64,000 nt of DNA, taken from the NCBI GenBank assembly GCA_050575255.1, contig JBNZDD010013726.1, forward strand, positions 4,919,036 to 4,983,035, in the 5' to 3' direction. Origin of the DNA: Harriotta raleighana (Eukaryota). This document shows positions 1-12,172 of this stretch, in pieces (the stretch's first letter is position 1; the number at the start of each line of letters is the position of its first letter). The position numbers and the translations under genes were made by a program. The notes under the pieces are model-generated. The model worked only from the letters and a program-made list of their open reading frames with translations. It did not search any database and was not told where the DNA came from.

Positions 1-136
1 ACAATCCTTTAGATGAACTTTGGTATTGTTTTCTGTCTTACAATGTGGACCAGATTGGTCATTTGATGCCAAAACTCTGGTCTATTCATTGTTTTCAGTT
101 TGGGAATTCCAAGGACCATCTTTAAGGACCATCTTG

Positions 137-245
137 GAGTTGTGATGAAGGGTCCATGGACTTGAAACCTTGATTCACTTTCCCTTCTCCATGGATGTTG
201 CCTGACCTGTTGAGTGTTCCCAGCTATTTTGGTTTTAGTTTCGGA
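137..245 (+). mobile_element. Penelope-like element terminal fragment with degenerate minimal hammerhead motif
   Basis: GTGATGAAGGGTC-CATG-GACTTGAAAC followed by ...TCTCCATGGATGTTGCCTGACCTGTTGAGTGTTCCCAGC..TTTTGGTTTT resembles the common chondrichthyan Penelope end (CTGATGAAGGGTC...CGAAACGT...GATGCTGCCTGACCTGCTGAG). Confidence 0.65.
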
Positions 246-1009
246 CCATCTTTAATTGTTTAGTGTTATGAAGAGTCAATGAGACTGTCTTTAATAGGAT
301 TTCTTGTATTAAAAACAATGAATTGGCATTCAGATGTTTGTGAGTGAGCAGATATGTGCGCCTCTTCAGTCCATATATACAAAGGTCTACATTTTCTAAG
401 CGGAGGATGATGTGTTGGATACTGCAGCTTAGTCATAATGTTTCAGACTACTTCAAGGGATTTTTTAATATCACCTGAGCAAAACTACATAATAAACTTC
501 TTGTGGATCTCGATAAGCATAAAGCAGCTGCTTGTGGTACAAATTGATACAAATAAGGAATCGATTGATATTGGATTTGCTGCCTTCTTTTGGAGACCAT
601 GTAAAATAATGCCAGTGCCTGTGATATCATAGTCAATATCCTAGTCGTGTTTTCACCGCACTGACCTGAAACAAGACATCACCAGTAATGCAAGTGACAG
701 TCAGTCAGCACTTCCTCAGGAAAAAAGCCTAAAGAGGATTTAGGTGAATTTCCAGCCAACTTCAATTGCAACAGCTGCTGTTTTACTGAACAGGAACATA
801 TTTTAATTTTTTTAAATTACAGAAATGCTAGTTTAACATAGTTTGAATGCAGCTGTCATTGATTCAGTTGATTTAGCTATTGCAAATGAAGACAAACCCA
901 AAGACTTGGTTAGCTTGTGTGTATTAGTAATTCTCTATTAATCCCTCTTTCAACCAGGACTAACCTTGCCAAGACATAGAATGATTACATTGATTCGTGA
1001 TTAAGATGC

Positions 1010-1039
1010 TCAAACTGTCTTTTTTTTCCACAGGTAAGT
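1010..1039 (+). promoter_or_regulatory. ank3: Recursive splice site (3' acceptor immediately followed by 5' donor)
   Basis: ctgtcttttttttccaCAG|GTAAGT; AG at 1032-1033, GT at 1034-1035. Same strand as ank3 exon 1b. Confidence 0.75.
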
Positions 1040-1193
1040 GAACTTGGCACAAAAAGTCACGTCACGCATCAGAACTATGTGATAAAGCAGATGTCTTACC
1101 TCAAAGGCAAGGGATCAAAAGGTTGCAGGAAGTAGAATGATATGCGATGCACTTACTGTATAAATATTTGAAAAATATAGTTTGATAAGAATG
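1034..1193 (+). other. ank3: Putative RS-exon (cryptic exon containing premature stops, 160 nt)
   Basis: Starts at the AG|GT site and ends at a strong donor ATG|GTAAGT (GT 1194-1195). Stops occur in all three frames: TAA 1035, TGA 1039, TAG 1133. Confidence 0.6.
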
Positions 1194-2264
1194 GTAAGTT
1201 TATCTCAGTCACATTTCAGGATGTGTAAATAAGCATTTTCAAGACTATTAATCTTAAGAGTAAAGCTTGATATGGTGTATTATTTTTGTTTTGTAATAAA
1301 CAACCCAAAGGATTAGAATTCTCCCTGTGTACTTGAGCAATGAGCAATTGCTGGAATTATAACTAGGATTCATGTTCAATAATCAGTATTAGGGTTTGAC
1401 TTCTTGATGTTTGAAGTGTATTCAAGTTCTCGGTACAGATAATAAACACCGGATTGACCTAACAAGCTATGTTTTAAGTTAAGATTAATATTTATTCAAG
1501 TTCATTCACTTATTTGAGATGAGAAATTAACTCTATCATCATCATTGTTTGCAGATGTCTAAAGGGATTTTGAAAAAGGAATGACTTTTGTCAAATTGTA
1601 GCACTTTATTGAATTTTTTATATAAGGTTGCTGCTTTGTGTGCTAGTTGGCATGGAGCCTAGGTAATCAGCATTTTAAAATCAGTGTTGAATGTAATTAA
1701 GTTCAGGGGGTAGCCTGGTGTTCAGTTATTTGAACAGTTTTGCAGCAGGGCAGTTTTGCGCAGAAGATAATTAAGGTAATTTACAGTTTGAGTTGGTTGC
1801 CATTTGTGGTGAATAATGGAAGTATGCAGCCGAGTTCTGGAGAGGATACCATCAACAGAGTTTTGTTGGAGCCAAAGTTTACGAAGACTGGCACTAGACT
1901 AGAGAGACTGGTCAGAAATAAAGTGTTGGAAAAAATACTTACTTGAAGATAGTGCTGCTTTGAAAGCAAATGGCTGCAGGGTTGTGCGATAATGCAAATT
2001 ATAAATCATCAGATATGCAGTTTGTTGGTACAGTATGTTTCAGTGCTGTATCCTGATTGCTGTCTTCCCTTGTACTTGTGCAATTGGCACATTTAACTCC
2101 TTTCATAGATTTGAAACACTCCACTACATTCTTGCTGATGCAGTCATTCTCTGTCCAAGTTAATTAAGGTTGATGGATTCTATTGGAGTATTTGCTGAAC
2201 TGCTCTAAAGTGACCAGCTAAACATAATCTTTCAGTGATTTCTTCACATTCTTCAAATACATTT

Positions 2265-3414
2265 CATAGAATCAAATAATTTTACGGCACAAAAAGAGGC
2301 CATTCGGCCCATCTAGTCTGCGCCGCCTCTTTGAAAAGAGCAACTCAATCCCACTGCCCAGCTTTCTCTCCATAATCTAACAGACCCGTTCTCCCTAAAT
2401 AAAGATCTAATTCTCCTTTAAAAGCTGTTATCGAATCGGCCTCCACCACCTTTTCAGGCAATGCATTCCAGATTTGAACAACCTGCCGAGTGAAAAATTT
2501 TCTCCTCAGCTCCCCTCTGCTTCGTTTGAAACTATTTTAAATCTGTAATCACGAGTCACAGATTCGCCCACCAGTGGAAACAGTTTTTCCTTATTCGCCT
2601 GTTGAATCCCCTCATGATTTTGTAAACCTCTATTAGGTCTCTTCTCAACCTTCTCTGTTCCAAAGAGAATAAACCTAGCCTATCTAGCCTTTCCCCATAA
2701 CTGAAGTCCCTCAATCCTGGTATCATTCTAGTAAACCTTATTTGCACCCTTTCCAATGCCTTAACATCCATAATATAGTGTGATGACCAGAATTAGACAT
2801 AGTACTCCAGCTGAGGCCTAACCAAAGTCTTACAGAGGTTAGTCAGCACTTCCTGGCTTTTGAACTCTATACCCCTATTGATAAACCCTAGTATCCCATA
2901 TGCCATCTTAACGGTTTTGTCTACCTGTCCTGCCACCTTCAAAGAGTCACTAACACAAATCCCCTGGTCTCTCTGTTCCCTCACACCCCTTAAAATTGTA
3001 CCATCTAGTCTATATTGCCTCCCCTCATTTCTTCTCCCAAAATGTATCACCTCACACTTCTCTGCATTAAACTTCATCTGCCATGTGTCTGCCCACTTAC
3101 CATTTTATCTATATCTTCTTGCAGATGGTTACTATCCTCCTCACTATTTACTATTCTCCCTAACTTAGTATCATCTGCAAACTTGGAAATTGTGCTCCCT
3201 ACACCCAAGTCCAAATCATTAATATATATTAAAAAGAGCACTGGCCCCAAAACCGATCCCTGGGGGACGCCACTGCACACTTCTCTCCAGTCTGAAAAAC
3301 AGCCGCTCACCACAACTCTCTGCTTTCTGTCTCGCAGCCGGTTGTGGATCGATGCTGCCCTTGTCCCTTGAACGCCGTGGGCCACTACTTTCCCAACAAG
3401 CCTCTCATGTGGCA
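2265..3414 (-). mobile_element. CR1 LINE, 5'-truncated 3' portion (RT domain to 3' UTR), frameshifted
   Basis: ORFs 3074-3460, 2793-3077 and 2556-2771 give CR1 ORF2 motifs SGVPQGSVLGPVLFLIYINDL, KFADDTKL, MKFNAEKCEVIHFG, LVRPQLEY and LGLFSLEQRRLRRDLIEVYKIM. The 3' tail reads ATTCTATG on the minus strand. Confidence 0.95.
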
Positions 3415-4742
3415 TTTCGTTTTTGTTTGATTGAAACCAATTTGAGTCCATGGTTAACATTTATCATTTTCTGCAAAATTGCTGAAGGGGGGAAAGAAAG
3501 ACACTTATTTGTTTAATTGCCTAAGTAAGCATTGATGTGATTTGAATAGAATTCCACAGGTTTTCCAAATGTTGTAAACATTAGCATGTTTGCACCAATG
3601 CTTTTAAAAGGTTAAATGTCTTTCAGAAAATGTAAAAACTGGAGAACATTTCCCAGTGTCCTGATCAACAATCCCCCTAATCGCTGTGTGCAAAATTGGA
3701 TGTTGCATTAGCCCACATAATCCACAGTCACAGTGTAATTTGTGAAGCACTGCGATGCATCTGGATAACACAATAAGGAACCGAACCAAATGCAAGCGTT
3801 ATTGTTCTTATTAAACGATCGAACAGTTAAGAAAGGTAGAATGGTAAAGTTTGTGTTGGGCAGAAATATAATGGTACTTGGATGGAAGATGGAGGGTCAG
3901 GGCTATGGACTCTTCGTCTCACTGACCATTCTGCAAGCTGCCATGGGAAGTGGCACAGATTTGAGCCCTTGATCTCAGCCTCGATGTACAATGAAATGTA
4001 GAGACTTTCACTCACCTCTCGTTGGCTGGTGAAATGTGGGATTAGAGATACAAAGGGGCCATCTATCCTGTCCTTTTGCTGCCAGGACATGTTTGGAGCA
4101 GTGGAGAACTTATTGGAAAGACAACTGGGCATAAAGGAAGGTGTATGCAAGATTGTCGATGCTTGCAAACATCTGTATGATTTGGGATCACAATGACATG
4201 ATCCACAACATTATTTCTGTTCTTCTTGATACCAATAATTGTTGCCATGCACAGGTAGGGCTTCGTTGTGATGAGATTCTCAATGTGAGGTTGGCCTGGC
4301 TTGTTACCAAGCTGGAGGATGTACAGTCTTCAAACCGTGGGCAGACAGACTGGTGCGGTTGTATTTGTGTAGCACCAAATTGATTGCCAGCATTTCCCAT
4401 GGAAAGGGGGAATTCCAGGAATCTCCTTGCAGTTTGTCAACAAGTCTACTACAAATTCACTTCTAATTTGAACAGTTGCAATTCAGTGGTTTAGAATTCA
4501 ATGCATAATGCCTTCAATTCTATTCATGGCAAGCTATGTGGTTTTGGCCGACTAGACTCTGACTCCTAGTACCTGAACATACACTTTGGGGTCCCCATCC
4601 CTTGGTTCTTGCAACCTGTGCCTAATACTTTGGGAAATGGGTAAGCAAGATGCATACCTCCAGATAAAGAGTGCACATTCCATTCCAACAATCTATCTCT
4701 GGGATTTCCATGTGTAAGTGGCATACATGGACAGCTTTACAT

Positions 4743-5037
4743 GCCTTACAAGCATGAGACCTGTGTTCGAATCCAGGCAGATCAGGGCGAAACCTTGGGC
4801 AAGTTTCCTTACTCCACATGCCTAATAATAATCCCTCCAAAAAAACGACAATAATAAAATTGGTCATTTCAATCTATGACTGTTTGTGGGACACTGCTGT
4901 GCGCAATTGGCTGCCGCGTTCCGCCCACAAATATACAGTCAATTCACTTTACAGTATATTCTGTGAAGCGCTTCGGGACATTGATAAGATGTGAAAAGCG
5001 CTATATCAAATGCAAGGATTAATATTATTATTATTAT
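4743..5037 (+). mobile_element. tRNA-derived Deu-domain SINE (holocephalan CmiSINE-like), 5'-truncated, young
   Basis: B-box-like GTTCGAATCC, CCTTGGGCAAGT, Deu-type CTGTTTGTGGGACACTGCTGTGCGCAATTGGCTGCCGCGTT, L2-type tail GTGAAAAGCGCTATATCAAATGCAAGG and (ATT)n. Nearly identical to the copy at 63466-63793. Confidence 0.9.
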
Positions 5038-5327
5038 CTCAGCTTGGATTGGATACAGTTAAGCATAGTGATAGGTGTCCACATGTATCAGATATCCGGC
5101 TGACCAAAAACAAATGCAATTTCATTACATTGTTGACTGAACAGACCTTCAGTGCCCAGAGAAAATTTGTTTCTTTTGTGGAATTCACATGTGAATGTTT
5201 TGCTGTTTCATCTTTGGGGAAATGTTTTTTGTTTTCTACAAAAAAGAAGCAAAAATGCAGCATTTGCTTTATCTTTAATTTAAGTTCAATACCAGAGTCA
5301 GGAGGTGGAGATAAGAATTATTACTAA

Positions 5328-5463
5328 GTCGCCCACAAATATACTAAGTCGCCCACAGATATTAATATCAATTAACTTCACAGTATATGCTGTGAAGTGC
5401 TTTGAGACATCTAGAAGACATGAAAAGCGCTATATCAAATGTAAGGATTCTTAAAATTATTAT
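5328..5463 (+). mobile_element. Same SINE family, 3' fragment
   Basis: CGCCCACAAATATA...CTGTGAAGTGCTTTGAGACATCTAGAAGACATGAAAAGCGCTATATCAAATG, with a short local duplication of tactaagtcgcccaca. Confidence 0.8.
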
Positions 5464-6014
5464 CAAGTCCAAGATGGTAATTATATTCCTCAATTAATAT
5501 TTGAAATATTACTGATTCAAGCCTCAGGTAGAGCCCTGGTCCCCTTAGAAAATCCAATGTGAATTGTCTCCAAGCCAATTAATCTGACTTTTGATTACTA
5601 ATGAATAATAAAAGGATTACAGTCATGAAATGGAAAAATTCAGTGTGTTCGCTGTCTAAAGACTGTTCCAATAGTTGATGCCATTTGTGTTATATTTTTA
5701 AATATATATTGCAACCCTGCCTGGAGGAAAACAGATTTTTCCCCCAAATCCCCCGAACCACATTTGACTACAAATACAAAGGCACTGCACATGATAGTAA
5801 AGTGCTGTGAGATGCCATGATAAGCACATTTAAACCAAATGCAAACATTATTATTATAACTTTGGATCTTCGTGTATACAACCTAGAATACAAAAGGTGG
5901 AATGCAGATTTATTTACCTAAGTAATTATTATTATTATCTCCATCTGAAACTGATTAGGAATGAAAGAACAACATTGATACCATGAAACAAACACATACT
6001 GTTAAAATCCAGAT

Positions 6015-6190
6015 ATAAGAACATAAGAACATAAGTAGGAGCAGGAGAAAGCCATTCAGCCCCTCAAGCCTGCCCCGCCATTTGATAAGATCATGGCTGA
6101 TCTTCTATCCTAATTCCATTTACCCGCCCTATCTCTATATCCATTTATCCCTTTAGCTCTTAAAAAACTATCGACCTCAGCCTTGAATAT
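6015..6190 (-). mobile_element. CR1 LINE 3' end fragment
   Basis: ATAAGAACATAAGAACATAAG..AGGAGCAGGAG..GCCATTCAGCCCCTCAAGCCTGCCCCGCCATT..ATAAGATCATGGCTGATCT is the reverse complement of a typical shark CR1 3' terminus. Confidence 0.85.
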
Positions 6191-8826
6191 GGTTAATAAA
6201 TAAGTTCAACATGAACGTAAGGAGCCAGTGGTTTTGACTTGTCACTTCCTAACCAGATCCTTTGAAATATTGTGCAAAGGACAGTAATGACTTCTATCAA
6301 AACATCAAATGTTGTTCCAAGCATTATCTGTAGTTAATTCCAGTTTTGGAACATGATTTATTTGTGCCAATTGCCCTGGAGCACACTGACTGCACCACAG
6401 AAAATGATAGACATTCAGATTAATTGTAGGTTCTATGGAAACTATGAATAGAATATATTTAATAAAAAATTCTCCATCATGTTCCTCTTAAACACATGAT
6501 GCTGTGGCTTGCATTCCAGTTCCTAGTAGTGTTAGCTAGGTTCTCCAATTTCACGTACCACTTTTGTTTAAGGTTGATTATTAACATCATTATATCAAAA
6601 TTAAGTGATTCGATGAAACAAATGCATCAAAAGGTATTACAACAATTTGCATTTATAGAGCACCTTGAAGCAGAGAATGCCTTGATCGATTACAACTTCA
6701 TTGCACTTCATTGACAGTGAAGGTTAGGTGGGCTCTACAATACCTTTGTTCATGCAATGCTGTATTCTCAATGCATCACAAATTATCAGACAACAACAAT
6801 TTTGATTTATATAGTGCCCTTCACGCCGGATGCCATCTCAGAGCGCTCAGATATTGCACTGTTGTTATTAATAGGTTCTATAGATTATTTAATGGTGAAA
6901 GGAAATAGAATTTATAGAAATTGTCCAGATATGACCTTGATTAAGCATCATTTTATAGGCCTTTTCAATTTGAATCAAAACATTTTGTTATGGAAAGCAC
7001 TGCGCAATGTGCATTCCTCCGGCTATAGTAACAGAGAGCATGTCATAACAATGAGATCTCACTTTATATCCTCTGTCAGCCGAGGAGTTATAGCATTACT
7101 TGAAGCTACAGAGATTAGAATGACGCTAATCTAAATTGATTGTGTTGATTCCCTTTTAGCTTATTTGAAAGATACATTTTCCACAATTCCAGTTTGAATA
7201 TAAAAATTCTGTTTACTTTTAAGAATATATTTCCTTTTGTGTATGATGCAAATTAGTTTTGCTGTTTTTAAATTAAAAAAGTATTCTTGAAACACATAAT
7301 AATTTAATGTAAGTGACAGAAAGTGAAACAACAGAATGTGCATCCATTTACATGATCCCATCCTGGAGTATGTCACTCCACAAATAGCACACATTCCCTC
7401 TTTAGGGGAAGTGAGCATGTAGGAAACGCTGAACAAATTCCTATAGAATCCCAGGAGGCAGCTGCATCAGTTTTCAATCCAACCAGCCATTAATTGCATG
7501 AGTTTGTAAACTTTATTTTAGTCCTACTTATAGAGTCCTATGCATTTAAAAGGATATGCTGGGAATGTTCTAATTTGAAGGGGATCATACATGTATGGTA
7601 ATTACTATATAATTACATGCATATTCATGGGTAGGTCTGTATATAGTATATAGTTAAATGTATTCATTATTACAGTCATACCTCAGTGAATTTGCTGCTT
7701 TAAAGGAATAGTGCTGTGGCCTGAGCAATGTTTGTAACTGCAGTACTGTATTAAAACTAGGTATTGATTGTATAAACCATTAATTTCATAGATTACAGTA
7801 TTCTGCATTTGTGTAAATTATTCATAGAGCAATATTGAACAAAGTGTTGAGATTATTTTTGTCCATGTTTTAGTGTTCGCAGACTTTTGTCAGTATCACA
7901 ACACTGCAGGCTTCAGGAAGATTTCACCCTGCAACAACCCCACTAATGACATTGGACAAGACTTATCTTGCTAATATGCTTTTTAACAGAGACGTCTTAT
8001 TTACGTCAGATCATAAACTGGCAGCAGACTCTGGCATTCCTCTTCAGCATCATAAGTAAAGTCTTAAACCTTCCAGTCTGATTTTTGGCGTTCTGACTTC
8101 TCCAAAATGGTACATTACAGATATTTCTTTATTTTTATATCCAAATAAGTCAGCGTGCTCTGTAAAACAAACTAATTGAAGCCCAGTACATTGCTATGCC
8201 TTTCTCTATTATAAATTATCAAAACGAAATCCACTTTGCGTGTAGTCATGAAAGAATTTGTGTCAATAGTGTTTGCAACATTAAAAATAACACCAGAGCG
8301 CCATGTACTGGTTGCTAAAGGTATTACATTAGTCAGGCTGCATAGTATCAAAAAATACACAGCTAACAAAATGCACTGACTGATAAGTGAAATGTAGGTT
8401 ATAACCACATTATAACATATGAATGGAACCTTTTCAGCCAGCAATATGGATATGTGGTTAGATCACAGGATACTTGTAGAGTATCCAGTTCCTCGTGGAA
8501 AAAGTTCCCAATTCTAGACATTGATTCAATAAGCACCCACTTGTGCGGTGGCAACAGAACTATAGAGATTTCCAGCACAGAAAAAGGCCACACGGTCTGT
8601 TGTGTCTGTCCTGGTTCCCACCACCCTCGTCTTTCAAAACTGACCTAGATGAAGATGATTTTGCTTTTATTTCTGCATGTCACGGACTATTTAAGATCTG
8701 TGTGACCTTAGATTTTTCACCTGTTTGGAAAGTGCCCTGGATTACCCACAATTGTGAAATGTCAATGTGGGTGATTTACAATCCACATCCCACACTTCAT
8801 ATCCGCTAAACCTACATAATTAGGAT

Positions 8827-9046
8827 CACGCCTGATAATAATCCCTCAAAAATATACACAATAATAAATTGGTTATTTCAATTCACAACTGTTTGTGGGA
8901 TACTGCTGTGCGTGGTCGGCTGCCGCATTTCTCCCACAAATATACAGTCGATTCACTTTACAATATATTCTGTGAAGTGCTTTGAGACATCTAGAAGACA
9001 TGAAAAACGCTATATCAAATGCAAGGATTATTAGTATTATTATTAT
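8827..9046 (+). mobile_element. Deu-domain SINE, 5'-truncated
   Basis: Matches the body and tail of the 4743-5037 copy. Confidence 0.85.
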
Positions 9047-9134
9047 ATGTGAAAAAAATCAACAACAAATTGCTATTGTGGCAGATTACAATGCTGAACT
9101 AATAAACCACCTTCACTTTATCTCTTCAAACATC

Positions 9135-9362
9135 TTCTCATCTATATGCTGCCTCCTGGCAATGTCATCCGCAGACATGCGGTAAACTTCCACATGTTTG
9201 GGGATGACACACAAAGCTACTTCTCCTCCTCCAACTGCTACTCCAGGCCAGCAGATGTCCTGTCGGCTTATCTAGTGGATATCAAGGCCTGGATGAGCAT
9301 TTCTTACGAGGAAATGTTGACAAGATGGAAGCCATACTTCTTGGCTTCCATCAACATCTTCT
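9135..9362 (+). mobile_element. L2 LINE RT fragment (degenerate)
   Basis: ORF 9146-9382 LPPGNVIRRHAVNFHMFGDDTQSY...DIKAWMS matches the L2 motif LPLG.IIR.H...FH.YADDTQLY...DIK.WM. Confidence 0.8.
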
Positions 9363-9904
9363 ATCATAAATCTGTGCTGTAAATTGTTGGAACATATTTT
9401 AAACATTTTTGAATGGAGTCCTGTACTTATTTACTCGGACTATCTATAACTCAAGGCCATAATTAAAAATGTTCTTACAACAGAATGAAATTACCCATTT
9501 TACCAGCACAACTATTAATATCTCCCACTGCTCCAATAAACATCTCATAATATAATTTGTTGCATTTCTGTCTCTAGAGTCTAATGTTTAGTAAGGTTGT
9601 AATTAGACTGATATCCTATGAAATACTGTCAGTGAAATCCTGGTTATAAACAGGCATGTGATACATAATGCATTCTGTGTTAGATTTTGGACCTGAGTGA
9701 AAGTAAAACATAAATCTCCTGAAAATGAAACTAGTGATTAAACAATGAAGCTTGTAGATTGGTGTAAGAAAGATGTAGCAGAAGATGAATTTCAGTTGAT
9801 TTCTTGTGTTTGTGTGTTTCAAAGAAACAAAATAAAATGAGTGAAAGCTCGAAGAAGGTTGGGGTGGACTGGAAGCCCATAAGCACAATTCATTCTGATT
9901 GGGA

Positions 9905-10160
9905 AAGACTAAGTAGGAACCCAATTACCAGTCGATTGGTGGATTACTTTTCCACCAATGATTCAATGAGAAATGATTCCTTAAAAAAAATTAGTCACTT
10001 CAATCCATGACTGTTTGTTGGACACTGCTGTGAGCGCAAATGGCTGCAGGTTTTGCCCGCAAAATAAAAAGTTAATTCACTTTACAGTATATTCCATGAA
10101 GCTTTTCATCTTGACAATGTGATGGGGTGCGATATCAAATGCAGGGATTTTTAGTATCAT
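9905..10160 (+). mobile_element. Older Deu-domain SINE copy
   Basis: CAATCCATGACTGTTTGTTGGACACTGCTGTG..AATGGCTGC...AATTCACTTTACAGTATATT...ATATCAAATGCAGGGATT. Confidence 0.75.
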
Positions 10161-10534
10161 CAATAAGACTTAAGAAGACCCTAATGCTGAAGAGGAAGGG
10201 GTGTAAATTGTAGCTTTACTGAAGTTTCCAAATTGAGCCAAACTGGAACAAGAATGTGGTGTTAATGTTGCTTTATAAAACTGAATCTTGAAATGCTTTA
10301 TAAAATAAAATGAAACAAGAGCCTAAATGCAACATTATTGGGAAGGAAATTCTGGGGCTTTTCACCCAGGGGTCCTGGTTTGAAGGGGTAATATTTCCAT
10401 CACTTTCTCAGTTATACTGTAAATGCCTTTAAAATGTTGTATCATTGTCTGAAATACTAGTTTTTCAAGGATAAAATTCACCTCACCAATAATTTGGAAA
10501 GAGAAGGGACCCTCCATTACATTGCTGCTTTGTC

Positions 10535-10725
10535 AGCTTTTCCTGGTGTTCTGGCCAACAATTCTCTTAATCAATCGGTGAATCGTTACAGCTGTTGGTG
10601 GGAGGGACCTTCCCGGTGTAAATGGCTGCCACGTTTGCTGACTGAAAGCAGCTGCTACCCTTGACTGCAATTCCCTGCAAAGTTTCCTGAGATGTTTCGA
10701 TGTGATAAGGTGCCATAAAATGTTT
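10535..10725 (+). mobile_element. Ancient SacSINE1/Deu-type SINE fragment
   Basis: TTCCTGGTGTTCTGGCCAACATT...GCTGTTGGTGGGA...AAATGGCTGCCACGTTTG...GATGTGATAAGGTGCCAT. Confidence 0.6.
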
Positions 10726-10935
10726 TGTGTCACCTGTCGCGTCTGTAGTACAATACAGTACTGCACTTAGAANCCCCGGTGTAAATGGCTGCCACGTTTG
10801 CTGACTGAAAGCAGCTGCTACCCTTGACTGCAATTCCCTGCAAAGTTTCCTGAGATGTTTCAATGTGATAAGGTGCCATAAAATGTTTTGTGTCACCTGT
10901 CGCGTCTGTAGTACAATACAGTACTGCACTTAGAA
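10612..10935. repeat. 161-bp direct duplication around N at 10773 (probable assembly artefact)
   Basis: 10612-10772 is repeated at 10775-10935 with a single G/A difference, with the N between the copies. Confidence 0.85.
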
Positions 10936-12044
10936 ATTAATTGCTTCTTATTTGGTTTGAAAACAGTCTCGGAAAACTCGCGTGGCTCAGATGGCAATTG
11001 CACCAAAACGTGAGTTGCGCTGAAGTTAAATATTATAAATTTTCCATGTTGTGTATATTTTCTGTCTCAGTGTCAGCGATGGTTTAAACTAAACTAAAAG
11101 ACAGCAATCTGAACAGGGAGTCCACCAAGCTGATTCATATTTGAATAATGCGCTAGTTTTCACTGTAGAAATGGTTGTTCAAATAGAACAACAGGATGCT
11201 ACAACATTGGTGCATTACCATTGGCAGATTTGAGACCAAGGTGTATCTTGCGTCAATATGTCCCAACTCATGTCCATCATCACGTGAAATTTCCTTTCTG
11301 TGCATGTTGGAGAACCTTTGAATTCGGTTTGATTTCCTAATTGAGTGGTGTGAGTGCACAGCATGTGCAATCTACCTGCTCACACCGCTCGAAGTCATGA
11401 CACATCAGTTCAAATGGTACGGAAATACAGCACTGTTGTCTTTATACTCTGGGCTAGGAATTGTGATCAAAAGTCTCCAGTTATTCATGATGCTGCAGAA
11501 GGCTCTGCTCACAATGGGAGAATTTCTACAAGCAAAAACCCTGCACAACTTCCAAAATCTTTCCTAAAAAAGGTGACACCTGAGGCCTGATATTTCTTAT
11601 ACCCACACAGATACACACATCATCTTGCATTTATATAGCGGCCTTCATATGTGCTAAATATTGGTTGGAATTTTTCAACAAAATACTAATAATATGAGTC
11701 ATGCCACACTGTGACAGGAATATTAAAGCAGTATTATATAAGAATTTCAAGCTTTCTTCCCTATGATACGGCTCCCACACAGAGCTGCTGCTTGTGATTC
11801 TTCTGGGAGGCTGAAGTGCTTTCATGTGATGTATGAGCACCATTCTCTTCAATTCATCTGCCTTCTGACTGTGATCTCAATGCAATGTCTCATCAACCAA
11901 CAAGAACAATTTAAAGCCTAGATAAATAACTGAGATAGGATAACATCATCGTTGGCTTTACATGTAGGTGAATGCTACAATTTCGAGACCTGGCAAAATT
12001 CAGCATATTGGATCCTTTTTTTTTCACTAAATGTTGTGAAGGTT

Positions 12045-12172
12045 AATAATAATAATAATTTTTAAAAATCCTTGCACTTTATAGAGTGCTTTATCATATC
12101 TTTGAGACGTTTCAAAGAGCTTTACGGAATACGTTGTAAAATGAATTGACTGTATACTTTCTGGGCGAAACA
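12045..12172 (-). mobile_element. Deu-domain SINE 3' fragment
   Basis: (AAT)n..ATCCTTGCACTTTATAGAGTGC...GAATTGACTGTATA..TGGGCGAAACA is the reverse complement of the SINE tail. Confidence 0.75.

Noticed and set aside
3880-4400. Overlapping ORFs with faint RNase H-like or GIY-YIG-like words
   Set aside because: Similarity is too weak to assign by eye. It may be a decayed transposon and would need a profile search.
8739-8777. Small hairpin ATTACCCACAATTG...CAATGTGGGTGAT (others at ~36866 and ~57616)
   Set aside because: Stems of 8-14 bp are too short for a pre-miRNA and within chance expectation.
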